From: Methanomassiliicoccaceae archaeon
GTDB lineage: Archaea > Thermoplasmatota > Thermoplasmata > Methanomassiliicoccales > Methanomassiliicoccaceae
Reading direction: 5' to 3'
NCBI GenBank assembly: GCA_963728405.1
Contig: CAVSJV010000002.1
Coordinates: forward strand, 96,001-160,000
Length of the DNA: 64,000 nt
Shown here: positions 1-10,096 of the stretch, one piece after another
Numbering within the stretch: position 1 is the first letter of the stretch
How the letters are laid out: each line of letters begins with the position of its first letter
Translations under genes and position numbers: made by a program
The notes under the pieces: generated by a model
Told to the model about the DNA's origin: nothing
Databases searched by the model: none
The model's input: only the letters and a program-made list of their open reading frames with translations

Positions 1-2
1 TC

Positions 3-422
3 GAGATCGTACTGGTAAGGGGGAACCATGACAATTTTCTGGAGAACATCGTCTCGAGGATACAGATCCCCGTTGTGCCCCTATACCGCGCCGCAGGACT
101 GACCTTTGTCCATGGCCACCAACCCTGCGCAGATCGGCCTTTGATCATGGGGCATGAGCATCCATCGATCAAGATCGTCGATCGAGTGGGAGCGTATCTC
201 AAGATGCCCTGCTACCTCCTGCTTCGGGACGAGGGCATATTGGTCCTCCCGGCTTTTAGTCCGTTAGCTTCGGGGACCGACCTAACTGGGGTGACCCCCG
301 CGGAGTATCTCTCCCCTATCATCAAGAACATAAATGTGAGGAACGGAGAAATTTTCGCCTGCAGCGACATTGGTCTTCTTCCGTTAGGAAAGCTTGCCGC
401 CCTAGAGGGCCTCCGGCTGTGA
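3..422 (+). CDS. Metallophosphoesterase (calcineurin-like), 5'-truncated by the window edge
   Basis: Frame open from base 3: EIVLVRGNHDNF...FVHGH...IMGHEHP, the GNHD, HGH and GHxH motifs. Confidence 0.8.
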   Translation, partial: EIVLVRGNHDNFLENIVSRIQIPVVPLYRAAGLTFVHGHQPCADRPLIMGHEHPSIKIVDRVGAYLKMPCYLLLRDEGILVLPAFSPLASGTDLTGVTPAEYLSPIIKNINVRNGEIFACSDIGLLPLGKLAALEGLRL

Positions 423-568
423 GGATGAGAATTGCATACTCCATCCCAACTGGCCTAACGCCGTTAAAAAAAGCTTCTTTTATTGGTCCCATTTGAATGC
501 AACAATGTAACAATTGTTGTAGCGAAAATGCCCCTTCAGATAGTGGATTATGGGGGCCTAGATTTATG

Positions 569-603
569 TGGATGGTACATCCATCCATAAAAGAATTTAT
601 AAT
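569..603 (+). promoter_or_regulatory. Palindrome TGGATGG-tacat-CCATCCA (569-587) and TATA box TTTATAAT (596-603) of the corrinoid gene
   Basis: Perfect 7-bp inverted repeat 8 nt upstream of a TATA box. The motif recurs at 12021 and 19969. Confidence 0.7.
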
Positions 604-658
604 TAAGCAACTTAATGCAATGAGTAACTCTTTATTGTTTAGAGGAGGGAATCAGAGT

Positions 659-1300
659 ATGAGCAACGAGATACTTGATAAGCTAGCAGATGTCGTAGTT
701 AAGGGAAAGATCAAGGAAGCCAAGCCCCTCGCGGAGCAGGCCTTGGCCGCCGGCGTCGACCCGAAAGTGATCATCTTTGACAGCCTAAGCAAGGCCATGG
801 CCGTTGTAGGACAGAAGTATGAGAGCAAGCAGTACTACCTGCCCCAGGTTCTCCTGTCCGCCCAGACCATGTACCAAGCACTTGATGTCGTCCTCCCCAA
901 GATGAAGGTGGACGCCAAGGTGAAGGCACCTGGAAAGGTCGTTATCGCGGTCGTCGAGGGAGATGTCCACGACATCGGAAAGAACATCGTGAAGGCCATG
1001 TTGACCGGCGCTGGTCTGACCATCTTTGACATGGGCCGTGATGTGCCTGTAAAGAACCTGGTCGAGAAGTGCAAGTCCGAGGGTGCCCAAATCCTTGCAA
1101 CCTCTACCCTGATGACCCCCACCTTGGCGGGTATGAAGGAGATCGAGAGGATCCTGAAGGAGGAGAACCTGAAGGGCAAGATCAAGACCATCATCGGCGG
1201 TGGGGCTACCTCCAAGGAGTTCTCTCAACAGATCGGTTCGGACGCCTGGGCGTACGACGCGGTCGAAGCAGTTTCTGTCGTCGACGGCCTGCTGAAGTAA
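659..1300 (+). CDS. Methyltransferase cognate corrinoid protein (MtaC/MtbC family)
   Basis: GDVHDIGKN B12-binding motif, N-terminal four-helix cap, GGAGG RBS before ATG 659. Confidence 0.92.
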   Translation: MSNEILDKLADVVVKGKIKEAKPLAEQALAAGVDPKVIIFDSLSKAMAVVGQKYESKQYYLPQVLLSAQTMYQALDVVLPKMKVDAKVKAPGKVVIAVVEGDVHDIGKNIVKAMLTGAGLTIFDMGRDVPVKNLVEKCKSEGAQILATSTLMTPTLAGMKEIERILKEENLKGKIKTIIGGGATSKEFSQQIGSDAWAYDAVEAVSVVDGLLK

Positions 1301-1314
1301 ACCATATGATAAAC

Positions 1315-1357
1315 AAGAAGGACTCAGTCCTTCTTTTCCTTTGTTTTTTTATTTTTT
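1315..1357 (+). terminator. Hairpin plus T-tract terminator
   Basis: AAGAAGGAC-tca-GTCCTTCTT followed by long T runs. Confidence 0.6.
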
Positions 1358-1515
1358 AACCCGAGGGCGAAGCATATCGTCCCATCACCCTCATCGATGG
1401 TCGGATAGGAGATGAACATAGAACTCCTAATGATAAGCAGAAGAGGGACTCATTGTCGAAAGATGCTCCGGCGGTCAGGGCGGACTGGACGCGGTCCGAT
1501 GAAGGGGGTGAGGCA

Positions 1516-2400
1516 ATGCAGAGTATCGAAGGTATCGAGATCCCGATCACCAATGGCAACAAGGTCCTCTTCCCTCGGGACGGCTACACCAAGAACGATC
1601 TGGTCCGTTACTATTCACTGATCGCGCCCGTTATGTTGCCGCATATGAGGGGCCGCCCGGTCTCCATGGTGCGGTATCCTGACGGCATCGATGGCAAGAG
1701 CTTCTTCCAAAAAGATACACCATCCTATTTTCCCAAATGGCTCCGGCGCATCACGGTCGAAAAGAAGGGCGGAACGGTCGACCATATACTTTGCGAGAAG
1801 GAAGCGGACCTAGTCTACCTGGCCAACCTCGCCTGCATCACCCCCCACCTCTGGCTGAGCAGGGCGGACCGTTTGGACCGCCCGGACCGAATGATCATCG
1901 ACCTGGACCCCGCCGACACGGACTTCAGTAAGGTGATGGCAGCCGCTCTATTGCTCCGGGACGAACTAGAGGGGCTCAACCTCTCCCCGTTCGTTATGAC
2001 GACGGGATCGAGGGGTATGCATGTGGTTGTTCCCTTGGACCGGTCAGCTTCTTTCGACGAGGTTAGGAGCTTCGCCCGTCAAGTGGCAGGTACGGTCATG
2101 GCCGGAAGGGAGGACGAGTACACGCTAGAGACCTCCAAGGCCGATCGGGGTGGGCGTTTGCTGATCGACACTTTCCGCAACTCCTATGGCCAGACCGGTG
2201 TCGCTCCTTACGCGATCAGGGCCAGGGATGGGGCGCCCGTGGCCACCCCTCTTATGTGGAAGGAGGTCGAGAGAGGTTTGTTCGGGCCCCACTCCTTCAA
2301 CATTGGGAACATATTCCAGCGGCTTAAGGAGACAGGGGATCCCTGGAAAGATATCGATGCTCAAGGGGGGTCCCTTCCCGATGCGACGGAATGGCCCTGA
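1516..2400 (+). CDS. Stand-alone LigD polymerase domain (AEP primase-polymerase)
   Basis: KVLFP..GYTK.DL..YY, RYPDGI...FFQK, PDRMIIDLDP, TTGSRGMHV and APYAIRAR.GAPVATPL.W motifs. Confidence 0.88.
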   Translation: MQSIEGIEIPITNGNKVLFPRDGYTKNDLVRYYSLIAPVMLPHMRGRPVSMVRYPDGIDGKSFFQKDTPSYFPKWLRRITVEKKGGTVDHILCEKEADLVYLANLACITPHLWLSRADRLDRPDRMIIDLDPADTDFSKVMAAALLLRDELEGLNLSPFVMTTGSRGMHVVVPLDRSASFDEVRSFARQVAGTVMAGREDEYTLETSKADRGGRLLIDTFRNSYGQTGVAPYAIRARDGAPVATPLMWKEVERGLFGPHSFNIGNIFQRLKETGDPWKDIDAQGGSLPDATEWP

Positions 2401-2504
2401 CCCGGGGAGATCCCCCTGCATCTTCCTATGTTCTGATAATCTTGGTAGAACACTTATCTTCAGAGCCGTCCAATCCGCCGAACGATCGGGTGAGGTCCTT
2501 GGAT

Positions 2505-4473
2505 GTGAAGATCAAGAACGCTACCTATGGGCTGGGCATCGATACCGGTGGGACGTACACCGATGCGGCCATAGTCGATATGGCCACCCGGAAGGTAGTG
2601 GCTAAGGCCAAGTCCCCGACCACCCACTATGATCTTACAATAGGCCTCGGCGGGGCAGTGGATAACGTCCTGGCTGCCACGCACAGTTCGTCCGGAAGAA
2701 ATTGCCATGGTGGGGGTCTCCACCACGTTGGCCACTAACTCCATCCTGGAGGGAAGGGGTGGCAAGGTCGGTCTCATCTGCATAGGGTGGCGGCCTGACA
2801 AGGATTGGCCGACCGGGGCTACTGGGGAAGTGTTCATCGCCGGCGGCCACGATGTCCGGGGGCGGGAGCAGGCAGCCCTGGACATGAATGAGGTGGAGAA
2901 GGCCATCGCAGCCATTTCCGCCAGTTCCGATTCTCTGGTGGTCTCTTCTATATTCAGTGTTTACAACTCAGAGCACGAGGAAGCGGTCCGGAAAGCGGTG
3001 GCCAAGAGCAGTGGCTTGCCAGTAGTGGCAGGACATGAGCTTACCAGCGAGCTGGGCATCATGGAGCGGACCATCACCGCGGTCCTGAACGCTCGCCTAT
3101 TGCCGATCATCGCCCAGTTCCTTTCTGATGTTAAAGGTGCTCTCGCCCGGAGGAGCATAACCTCCCCCATAATGGTCTTCCGGGGTGACGGAACGCTCAT
3201 GAATCTCGATACCGCCCGAAGGCGCCCGGTCGATACCATCCTTTCTGGGCCTGCGGCAAGTGCGGTCGGCGGTCAGGTGCTGGCCGGAGTGGAGGACTGT
3301 ATCGTGGTGGACATGGGAGGGACATCGACAGACATCGCCTTCCTAAGGGGAGGATTTCCCCGGGTCTCCGAACTGGGCGCTTCCGTGGGGCAGTGGAGAA
3401 CTAGGGTGCAGGCAGTAGATGTTTGGACCTGCGCCCTGGGTGGGGACTCTGAGATCATCACGACCACTTCAGGGGAGGTTCGAATGTCCACCGACCGGGT
3501 GGTCCCTTTGTGTTTTGCCGCCCAGAGGTATCCGGGACTTCTCGAGAAGATCAAGGAGCGACAGGAGGTGCACTATTTTGCCGCGTATCCTAGGGATGCC
3601 GGTGAACTGACCCGGGCGGAACAGGAGGTCTTCGACCATCTCCAAAGGAGCGGGGCGAGCAGCATAAGCGAGCTCAGGGCGGCCTTGCCCGAGCTCTATA
3701 TGATCGATTCATATCTCGACTCCTTACGCAACCGCAACCTGGTGGTCGGAATCGGCCCTACCCCCACCGATGTCCTACATGCTGAGGGAATATATCTGCA
3801 GGGCAATGTCGAAGCATCGATCAAGGGGCTGGAATCCGTAGCTCTATCCCTGGGGCGGACCCTGGAGCAGATCGACAAGCTCGTCCTCAAGATGATCTCA
3901 GATCGGATCGCCCGCGAGGTGGTCAACAAACTTCTGATGGACGAGGTCAGCAATATCCCTGAGGGGGTCGCCGGCAACTATATGGTCGACATCGCTACCC
4001 GAGCCAGTCCCGCGGGTAATATGCAACTGGGCATGACCCTGGGCCTGCCCTTGGTCGGCATCGGTGCCCCGGCCCACGTGTTCCTACCGCCGTTGATGGA
4101 GCGGCTGGGCACGAAGGTGCTGATCCCGAGGGACCACGATGTGGGGAACGCCGTCGGAGCGGTCTGCAGCCAGGTGTCCATATCGGCCGAGGTCAGCGTA
4201 TTCCCTCGGAACTTTAAGTTCATATTATGCACCCCGTATGGTTCTCCGATCGAGTTCGAGCACATCAGTGAAGCAATTGCCCGAGGCAGAGATCTTGTCA
4301 CCAAGCACGTGAAGGATGAGGCCGCGAGGGCCGGGGCCATGAACGCTCGGGTGATCATCGATGTCATCGAGCGTAGGACCACCGCCGGATACCTCGTAGC
4401 GGGAGATATCATCACTCAGGTCGATATAAAAGCCAGAGCCGTGGGGAAGCCAACAATCGTTGACAAAAATTGA
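2505..4473 (+). CDS. Hydantoinase/oxoprolinase family protein (1-nt frameshift at ~2685)
   Basis: LGIDTGGTYTD, STTLATN, SGPAAS and DMGGTSTD motifs. The two ORFs join if A2685 is removed. Confidence 0.85.
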
Positions 4474-4540
4474 CGAAAACTAATTATATAGTAACTCCAA
4501 TTGCGAATCAAGATATTCGTAGAGTTATAGGAGGCAATTT

Positions 4541-5539
4541 ATGACACCCAAAGAGAGGTTCATGGCAGCGCTTTCCCGCAAGGAGCTAGACCGCCCCGCC
4601 GTTGGATGCGTTACCCAGTCCGTGACCGTTGATCAGATGGATGCTGTAGGCGTTCACTGGCCTGAGGCACACACCGACCCACAGATGATGGCAACCCTAG
4701 GTGCCGCCGGGCACAAGGTGTTCGGGTTCGAGAACGCCAGGATCCCCTTCTGTTTGACCGTTGAAGCGGAGATCTTTGGAGCCACCGTGGATTTGGGCAA
4801 GGTCGACAGGACCCCCATGGTCAAGAAGCACGCCTTCGATGCTGACGCCACCCCTACCTTCCCTAAGGACTTCGCTTCCATGGGCAGGGTAAAGACCGTC
4901 ATCGAGGCCACCAAGCTGCTGAAGCAGCAGGTCGGCAATGAGCTCCCCATCGTCGTCGGGACCACCGGCCCCCTGACCATCGCTGGTCACCTGGTCGGCA
5001 CTGAGAACCTGCTACTGATGATGATCACCGACCCCGAGGCCGTGCACAAGTTCATCAAGGTCTCAACCGAGATGGAGAAGGCCTACCTGAAGGCCCTCGT
5101 GGCCGCCGGTGCCGATGTCATCGCCATGAGCGACCCGTCCGCCTCCACTGACATGCTGTCCGGAGAGATGTTCGACGAGTTCGCGAAGCCCTACATCAAG
5201 ACCTGCTGGGAAGGAGCCGAGGGTGCCAAGAGGATTCTGCACATCTGCGGTGACACCACCATCCTGCTCGACCACATGATTGCCACCGGTTGCGAGGCGC
5301 TCTCCATCGAGGAGAAGGTCGACCCCTTCAAGGCAGTCGAGCTCGTCAACGGCCGTGCTGCCCTCGTCGGTAACATGGGTGTCGTTCGCCCGCTGCTCCA
5401 GGGAACCCCTGAGGACTGCCGCGAGCACGCTATCAAGATCAAGCAGGCCGGCTTCAACGTCGTCGCTCCCGGATGCGGACTCGCTGCCCGTGTACCCAAG
5501 GCCAACATCGAGGCCATGGTCAAGGCAATCAAGGGCTGA
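4541..5539 (+). CDS. mtaA: Methylcobamide:CoM methyltransferase (MtaA/MtbA family)
   Basis: UROD fold, PFCLTVEAE, Zn ligands LHICG and APGCG, strong codon bias, GGAGG RBS. Confidence 0.85.
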   Translation: MTPKERFMAALSRKELDRPAVGCVTQSVTVDQMDAVGVHWPEAHTDPQMMATLGAAGHKVFGFENARIPFCLTVEAEIFGATVDLGKVDRTPMVKKHAFDADATPTFPKDFASMGRVKTVIEATKLLKQQVGNELPIVVGTTGPLTIAGHLVGTENLLLMMITDPEAVHKFIKVSTEMEKAYLKALVAAGADVIAMSDPSASTDMLSGEMFDEFAKPYIKTCWEGAEGAKRILHICGDTTILLDHMIATGCEALSIEEKVDPFKAVELVNGRAALVGNMGVVRPLLQGTPEDCREHAIKIKQAGFNVVAPGCGLAARVPKANIEAMVKAIKG

Positions 5540-5619
5540 AACGGTCCACCCGCGCAACAGGAAGTTGAAAACCCTTTCCAATTCTCAATTTTTTAAAATA
5601 GAATCGATTTGAAGAGGTT

Positions 5620-6657
5620 TCAGTACCGCCCATACTTCTCGCATGCTTCGCGAACTCTGATGATGTTCTCTTGAGGGCTCTTGAACGGTATCTCGCTACC
5701 GGGAGCAATGATCAGGCCTGGATTCTTCCCATAGAGGTCGAGGGCCGAACGCACCTTGCCTTCCACATCCTCGGGGGTCCTCTTGAAGATGACCTCCTGG
5801 TGGTTGATCCCGGACATCATACACACCTTGCCGCGGTATTTTTGAATTAGGCCGGGCAGGTCTACGAAGTCATTGTTGAAGTGGGTGCAGCTGGCTCCTG
5901 CGGAGATCTGCTGATCAAGGTACGGGAACTGGGAGTCGTTATGCACGATGGTCCTGATGCCCAGGCTCCTGAACTTCTCAAGGACCTGGTGAAGATATGC
6001 GATGTCGTAGGCGTCGCACATCTCCGGAGATACCAGGGTTCCGGACGCGCTGCTGTCGTCAAGGAACGTGGCTTCCAGACCAAGGGCAGCGATCCTCTCC
6101 CCATACATGATCTCGGACCCCATTGCCACTTTGATCATACGGTGCACGATGCTCGGGTCGTTGATAGTGTCCATCATCAGGTTCTCATAGCCCCTGAGTT
6201 CGGTGGCCACGAAGAACGGCGAGATAACGCTGCCTATGACTGCGACCTCCTTTCCGATCTTCTCCTGCAGGATGGCCCCGGCCTTGATGGGTACGGACCA
6301 GAACGTGTCCTTCATTGGGTCTACGACCTCCAACTTGTCCACATCTGCAGGTTCCTGTACGACATACTTGTCTATCCGCGGATAGAAGTCGCGCTCAGGG
6401 AACTTCCAGGTGCTTCCTAGCGCTTGCGCTTCGGTCAGCAGGTCCCCCCAGCCAATCATTACATTATCATAGCCGAAGAGCTCGTGGGACTTCATGCAGA
6501 TCTTGGCGAAGGCGGCGGGATCATGGAACCCTTCCCTCATGGTCAGTCCAGCCACCTGGAGGACGTGCTTGGCTCCCCCCAGTTGTTGGTAGAATACCGG
6601 CACCCGGTCTGGCGTTTCCAGCCTCAAAGAGGACTGAAACCTCTCCCTGGAGTTCAT
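5620..6657 (-). CDS. UROD/MtaA-superfamily protein lacking the Cys Zn ligands
   Basis: MNSRERF...PDRVPV N-terminus. It has VHNDS and APGSE in place of HxC and GC. Confidence 0.75.
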   Translation of the reverse strand: MNSRERFQSSLRLETPDRVPVFYQQLGGAKHVLQVAGLTMREGFHDPAAFAKICMKSHELFGYDNVMIGWGDLLTEAQALGSTWKFPERDFYPRIDKYVVQEPADVDKLEVVDPMKDTFWSVPIKAGAILQEKIGKEVAVIGSVISPFFVATELRGYENLMMDTINDPSIVHRMIKVAMGSEIMYGERIAALGLEATFLDDSSASGTLVSPEMCDAYDIAYLHQVLEKFRSLGIRTIVHNDSQFPYLDQQISAGASCTHFNNDFVDLPGLIQKYRGKVCMMSGINHQEVIFKRTPEDVEGKVRSALDLYGKNPGLIIAPGSEIPFKSPQENIIRVREACEKYGRY

Positions 6658-6795
6658 GCTAATTCATATCCGCTCGTGGATAAATCTAAGTTTCGTAACT
6701 ACGCTGGATAATGCGGTCATCTGTCGTTTCTCGATCGCCCAATTCCGTGTGATTCTATTTATAGCCCATTCCCAATTTCAATCCGGCGACTTAAC

Positions 6796-8436
6796 ATGGG
6801 TTACGGCATAGCACTGGACGTTGGAACTAGCGGATATCGCAGCCATCTCGTTGACCTCTCCAAGAATGGTAAGATAATCTCTACCGCGATCACCATGCGC
6901 CACCCGCTTCCTGGCGCCAACATCATGGACCACCTGCACTTCTGGATCGAGAATGGTTCGGAGGTCGGCCATAGGATAGTCATGGACACGGTCAGCCACC
7001 TGATCGAGATCCACGGTGTCGACACCAAGAAGATCGACCGGTTGGCCGTTTGCGGCAACCCTGCCCAAGTCTCCATGTTCGAAGGCATCGAGGTAAGGGA
7101 TCTGGCTTATGCCGGACAATCTCTCTTGAATCGCCTGAAGGTAAAGGTTCCCGACCGCCGGGCTAAGGTCATAACTGCCGGGGAAATCGGTCTCACCGCG
7201 ATGAGGCCCGAGGCTGCTGTGGTAATTCCCCCATCCATTCGCCACGAGATCGGGGCCGACGCGCTGGCCATGATCATCAAGTCCCACATGTTGGAAAAGA
7301 AGGAGACCTGCATGGTCACCGACTACGGCACCAACGCCGAGATGGGCCTATATCACGACGGTGAACTATACACTGGCTCGGCAGCGGCAGGGCCGGCCAT
7401 GGAGGGGCAGGCCATTCATCACGGCATGCTGGCCGCACCGTTCGCTATTTCCGACTTCAACTTCGCCGAAGATGGGTTCTGGAGCAACTATGTCCTTTCC
7501 GATGTCCTAAAACCAGTGGAAGGCATGAGGGTCAACCCCTCCACCAGCGCCACTTGCCTAGTCAATGATATCCAGGCGAGGGGCATCACCGGCACCGGCG
7601 TCGTCGCCGCTGTGGCATTGGGACTGGAGTCCGGTCTCATCGAGCCCCCATACATAAGGACCAGGGACAAGGTCCTTCACTTCCAGAATGGTATCGACTT
7701 TGGCGAGGCGGACCTCATCGAGGCCGGAAAGGCCATGGGGGCCATCCGGGCCGGTCACCGTACCCTCATCGAGGAGGTCGGGATCGACGACCTGGATGTC
7801 AAGACCATGTATCTGGCTGGTGCATCGGGTACCTATGTCGATCCGATTAAGGCACAGACCGTGGGGATGGTCCCCCGGGTCATTGACCACACCGTGCAGG
7901 TAGGCAACACCTCGCTCATGATGGCGTACGACCTCCTGGTCAAGGATGAGGCCGTGGATGATATGCAGAGGGTGGCCGACTCCATCGCCTCCAAGCACAT
8001 CATGTTCGCCACCAGCAAGATCTTCGAGGACATGTATGTCAATGAGATCGCCTACTGGGTGGAAGGAATGCCTCTTGATATGTACAACGAAGTGCTCATA
8101 AGCTCCGGCCACAAGCCATTGCCCCCGATCGTCAGGCCGAAGACGACCCAGCGTATCGTCAGCTCGGATATCCCGGTCCTCGGCGATAAGGGCCTCAGGA
8201 TCCTGGACAATGTCGGCGTTTACCTGATGGGCAGCTTCGAAGGCTGCATCGGTTGTAAGAAGTGTGAGAAAGAGTGCCCCGAACGCGCCCTTACGGTGCT
8301 GGAAGGCGGTCTCCACGGATTCACCATAAATATCGCCACCGAACATTGCCTTGGGACCGCGTGCAAGAAATGCGAGTCGGTCTGCCCCCAAAAGGTCTAT
8401 CGGTTCAGTGATCTGAAGGTCACTCAGAGAGCCTAA
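6796..8436 (+). CDS. ramA: Corrinoid protein reductive activase RamA
   Basis: ALDVGTSGYR, RHPLPGANIMDHL, DYGTNAEM, GSAAAGPA and C-terminal 2x[4Fe-4S] motifs. Confidence 0.92.
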   Translation: MGYGIALDVGTSGYRSHLVDLSKNGKIISTAITMRHPLPGANIMDHLHFWIENGSEVGHRIVMDTVSHLIEIHGVDTKKIDRLAVCGNPAQVSMFEGIEVRDLAYAGQSLLNRLKVKVPDRRAKVITAGEIGLTAMRPEAAVVIPPSIRHEIGADALAMIIKSHMLEKKETCMVTDYGTNAEMGLYHDGELYTGSAAAGPAMEGQAIHHGMLAAPFAISDFNFAEDGFWSNYVLSDVLKPVEGMRVNPSTSATCLVNDIQARGITGTGVVAAVALGLESGLIEPPYIRTRDKVLHFQNGIDFGEADLIEAGKAMGAIRAGHRTLIEEVGIDDLDVKTMYLAGASGTYVDPIKAQTVGMVPRVIDHTVQVGNTSLMMAYDLLVKDEAVDDMQRVADSIASKHIMFATSKIFEDMYVNEIAYWVEGMPLDMYNEVLISSGHKPLPPIVRPKTTQRIVSSDIPVLGDKGLRILDNVGVYLMGSFEGCIGCKKCEKECPERALTVLEGGLHGFTINIATEHCLGTACKKCESVCPQKVYRFSDLKVTQRA

Positions 8437-8685
8437 GGGTCGTATCTCAAAAGGGACATCGGCGCTGTCATTATCCGACGCCGATCCCTCCATTTTCCTT
8501 TTTTAATGTTGCCGAGTGGGGCGAAAAGGGCTTCCTCGAGCATTCCGATGGGGCCGCGGTCGAACCGATTTGATGAATTGTTCTTCGGTAACGATTTAAT
8601 ACAGATTTAGTATATAGTATGAAACGAAGTTCACAAATTAGCCTGCTATCGGTCTGGTTTTGGAACATTGTTGCAAGAGGAAGGC

Positions 8686-9159
8686 ATGGACGATACCGAC
8701 CTGAATATCCTGCAGATCCTTAGGGAAAATTCCCGTGACAGCCTGGGGAAGATCTCAGAGCAGCTGGGAATATCCAAGGCTACGGTCTCCCGTCGTTTGA
8801 CCCGGATGGAACAGGAAGGTTACATTTCTGGCTATTCCATAGCCACCAACCCAGCCCGGTTCGGTCTCATGAAGGGAATTATCTCCCTGCAGGTAGTTGG
8901 CACTGCTGTGAACGGGGTCATCGAGCAGCTCAAAGAGAACAAGGAGATCGAGTCGGTCATGAGGGTGTTTGGTGACCACGGTCTGATCTGCGAGGTGTAT
9001 GCTAGCAGCGTTGACTCCCTCTATGCCCTCATCCAGGATCGGATCTTGAAGATACCTAATGTCCGCAACGTGGAAGTGGACATCGTCATCGATCGTATGT
9101 CCATCAATCCGGATGCCGAGTTCGACATGGCCCGCTCCAAGATCGAAGGGCGGAGTTGA
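8686..9159 (+). CDS. Lrp/AsnC transcriptional regulator
   Basis: MDDTDLNILQILRENSR HTH and a C-terminal RAM domain. Confidence 0.88.
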   Translation: MDDTDLNILQILRENSRDSLGKISEQLGISKATVSRRLTRMEQEGYISGYSIATNPARFGLMKGIISLQVVGTAVNGVIEQLKENKEIESVMRVFGDHGLICEVYASSVDSLYALIQDRILKIPNVRNVEVDIVIDRMSINPDAEFDMARSKIEGRS

Positions 9160-9993
9160 TCAGTCCCTGATCAACAGGACCCAGCGGTCGTAGAATGTGT
9201 CGCGCTGGTTCTCGGAGATATCTGCTTTCTTCCCCGCGCCTAATGCCCACATCCTTACCAGCTGGGCTTCCTTTTCTGTCTCCACCGTCACCATAGTTTC
9301 CTCGCTCAGGTCCATCAGCTCATGCAGGATGGCCCTCCAAATCAAGGACGTGAAGTCGTTGATGGACCCGGCCATCAGCGCCAGGCCCAGCTCCGTGGGG
9401 CGGATGTAGTGACCCAGCAGGGAAGCGTCGATCCACATGGTTTCCTCGGGATGTAATCTTCCCTTTGAAAGGCCTAGGCTAAGAAGGGTGGGATCGTTAT
9501 CGAAGGCCAGGGGGGTTAGCCCTATCTCCCGGAGTATGGACGCGCCCATGCCTGAACCGCACCCACAGTCCAGGCAGGTGGCCCCCTTTCGATCGCCCCA
9601 GACGTCATCCAGCAAAGACCTGACCAGTGATGCCCTCTCGGCCGAATAGTCCTCCAGGGCCGGGGCAGTGGTCCTTTGGAGGTCCAGAGCATAATACTCC
9701 CTGGTGGCCCTCATCCATTCATCCTGGGTCGTCCTTACTATTTCGCCGTCCAGCTCTTCGAAACGCTCCACGGCGTCGACCACGGGAGTTCGCAAAATAA
9801 AGTTGGTAGCTTTCCACTTACCATCGGTGTGTAATGCCAGGGCTAGGGGCCAATCCTGGTCGTCCACTACTAATCGGGCCTGGTCCGCAACATCTCCTAA
9901 GAGCATGCTGGTAAAGGCCTCATCGGGCAGTACATTGAAGGTTGGCTCGTTGAACTCGACCTCTGGCAGCTCCATGATCTTCAGGATCTTCAT
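9160..9993 (-). CDS. Class I SAM-dependent methyltransferase-like protein
   Basis: CLDCGCGSG motif I, followed by acidic AFDND. Confidence 0.65.
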   Translation of the reverse strand: MKILKIMELPEVEFNEPTFNVLPDEAFTSMLLGDVADQARLVVDDQDWPLALALHTDGKWKATNFILRTPVVDAVERFEELDGEIVRTTQDEWMRATREYYALDLQRTTAPALEDYSAERASLVRSLLDDVWGDRKGATCLDCGCGSGMGASILREIGLTPLAFDNDPTLLSLGLSKGRLHPEETMWIDASLLGHYIRPTELGLALMAGSINDFTSLIWRAILHELMDLSEETMVTVETEKEAQLVRMWALGAGKKADISENQRDTFYDRWVLLIRD

Positions 9994-10096
9994 AAGGACA
10001 CCCGGCCGCTCAGGAAGAAACGGTCCGCCCTATATTTTTGTTTGCCAATCCGGCCAGGGCCGGGGCGTTTCGAGAAGTTTATTAGCGTTAGAGCGC

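Noticed and set aside
9704-10096. Long N-terminal extensions in the ORF track (YcaO from 9704, marker 3 from 22457, FdhB-like from 49799, corrinoid from 497)
   Set aside because: They overlap real genes or promoters. Family similarity starts at the downstream start codons used above.
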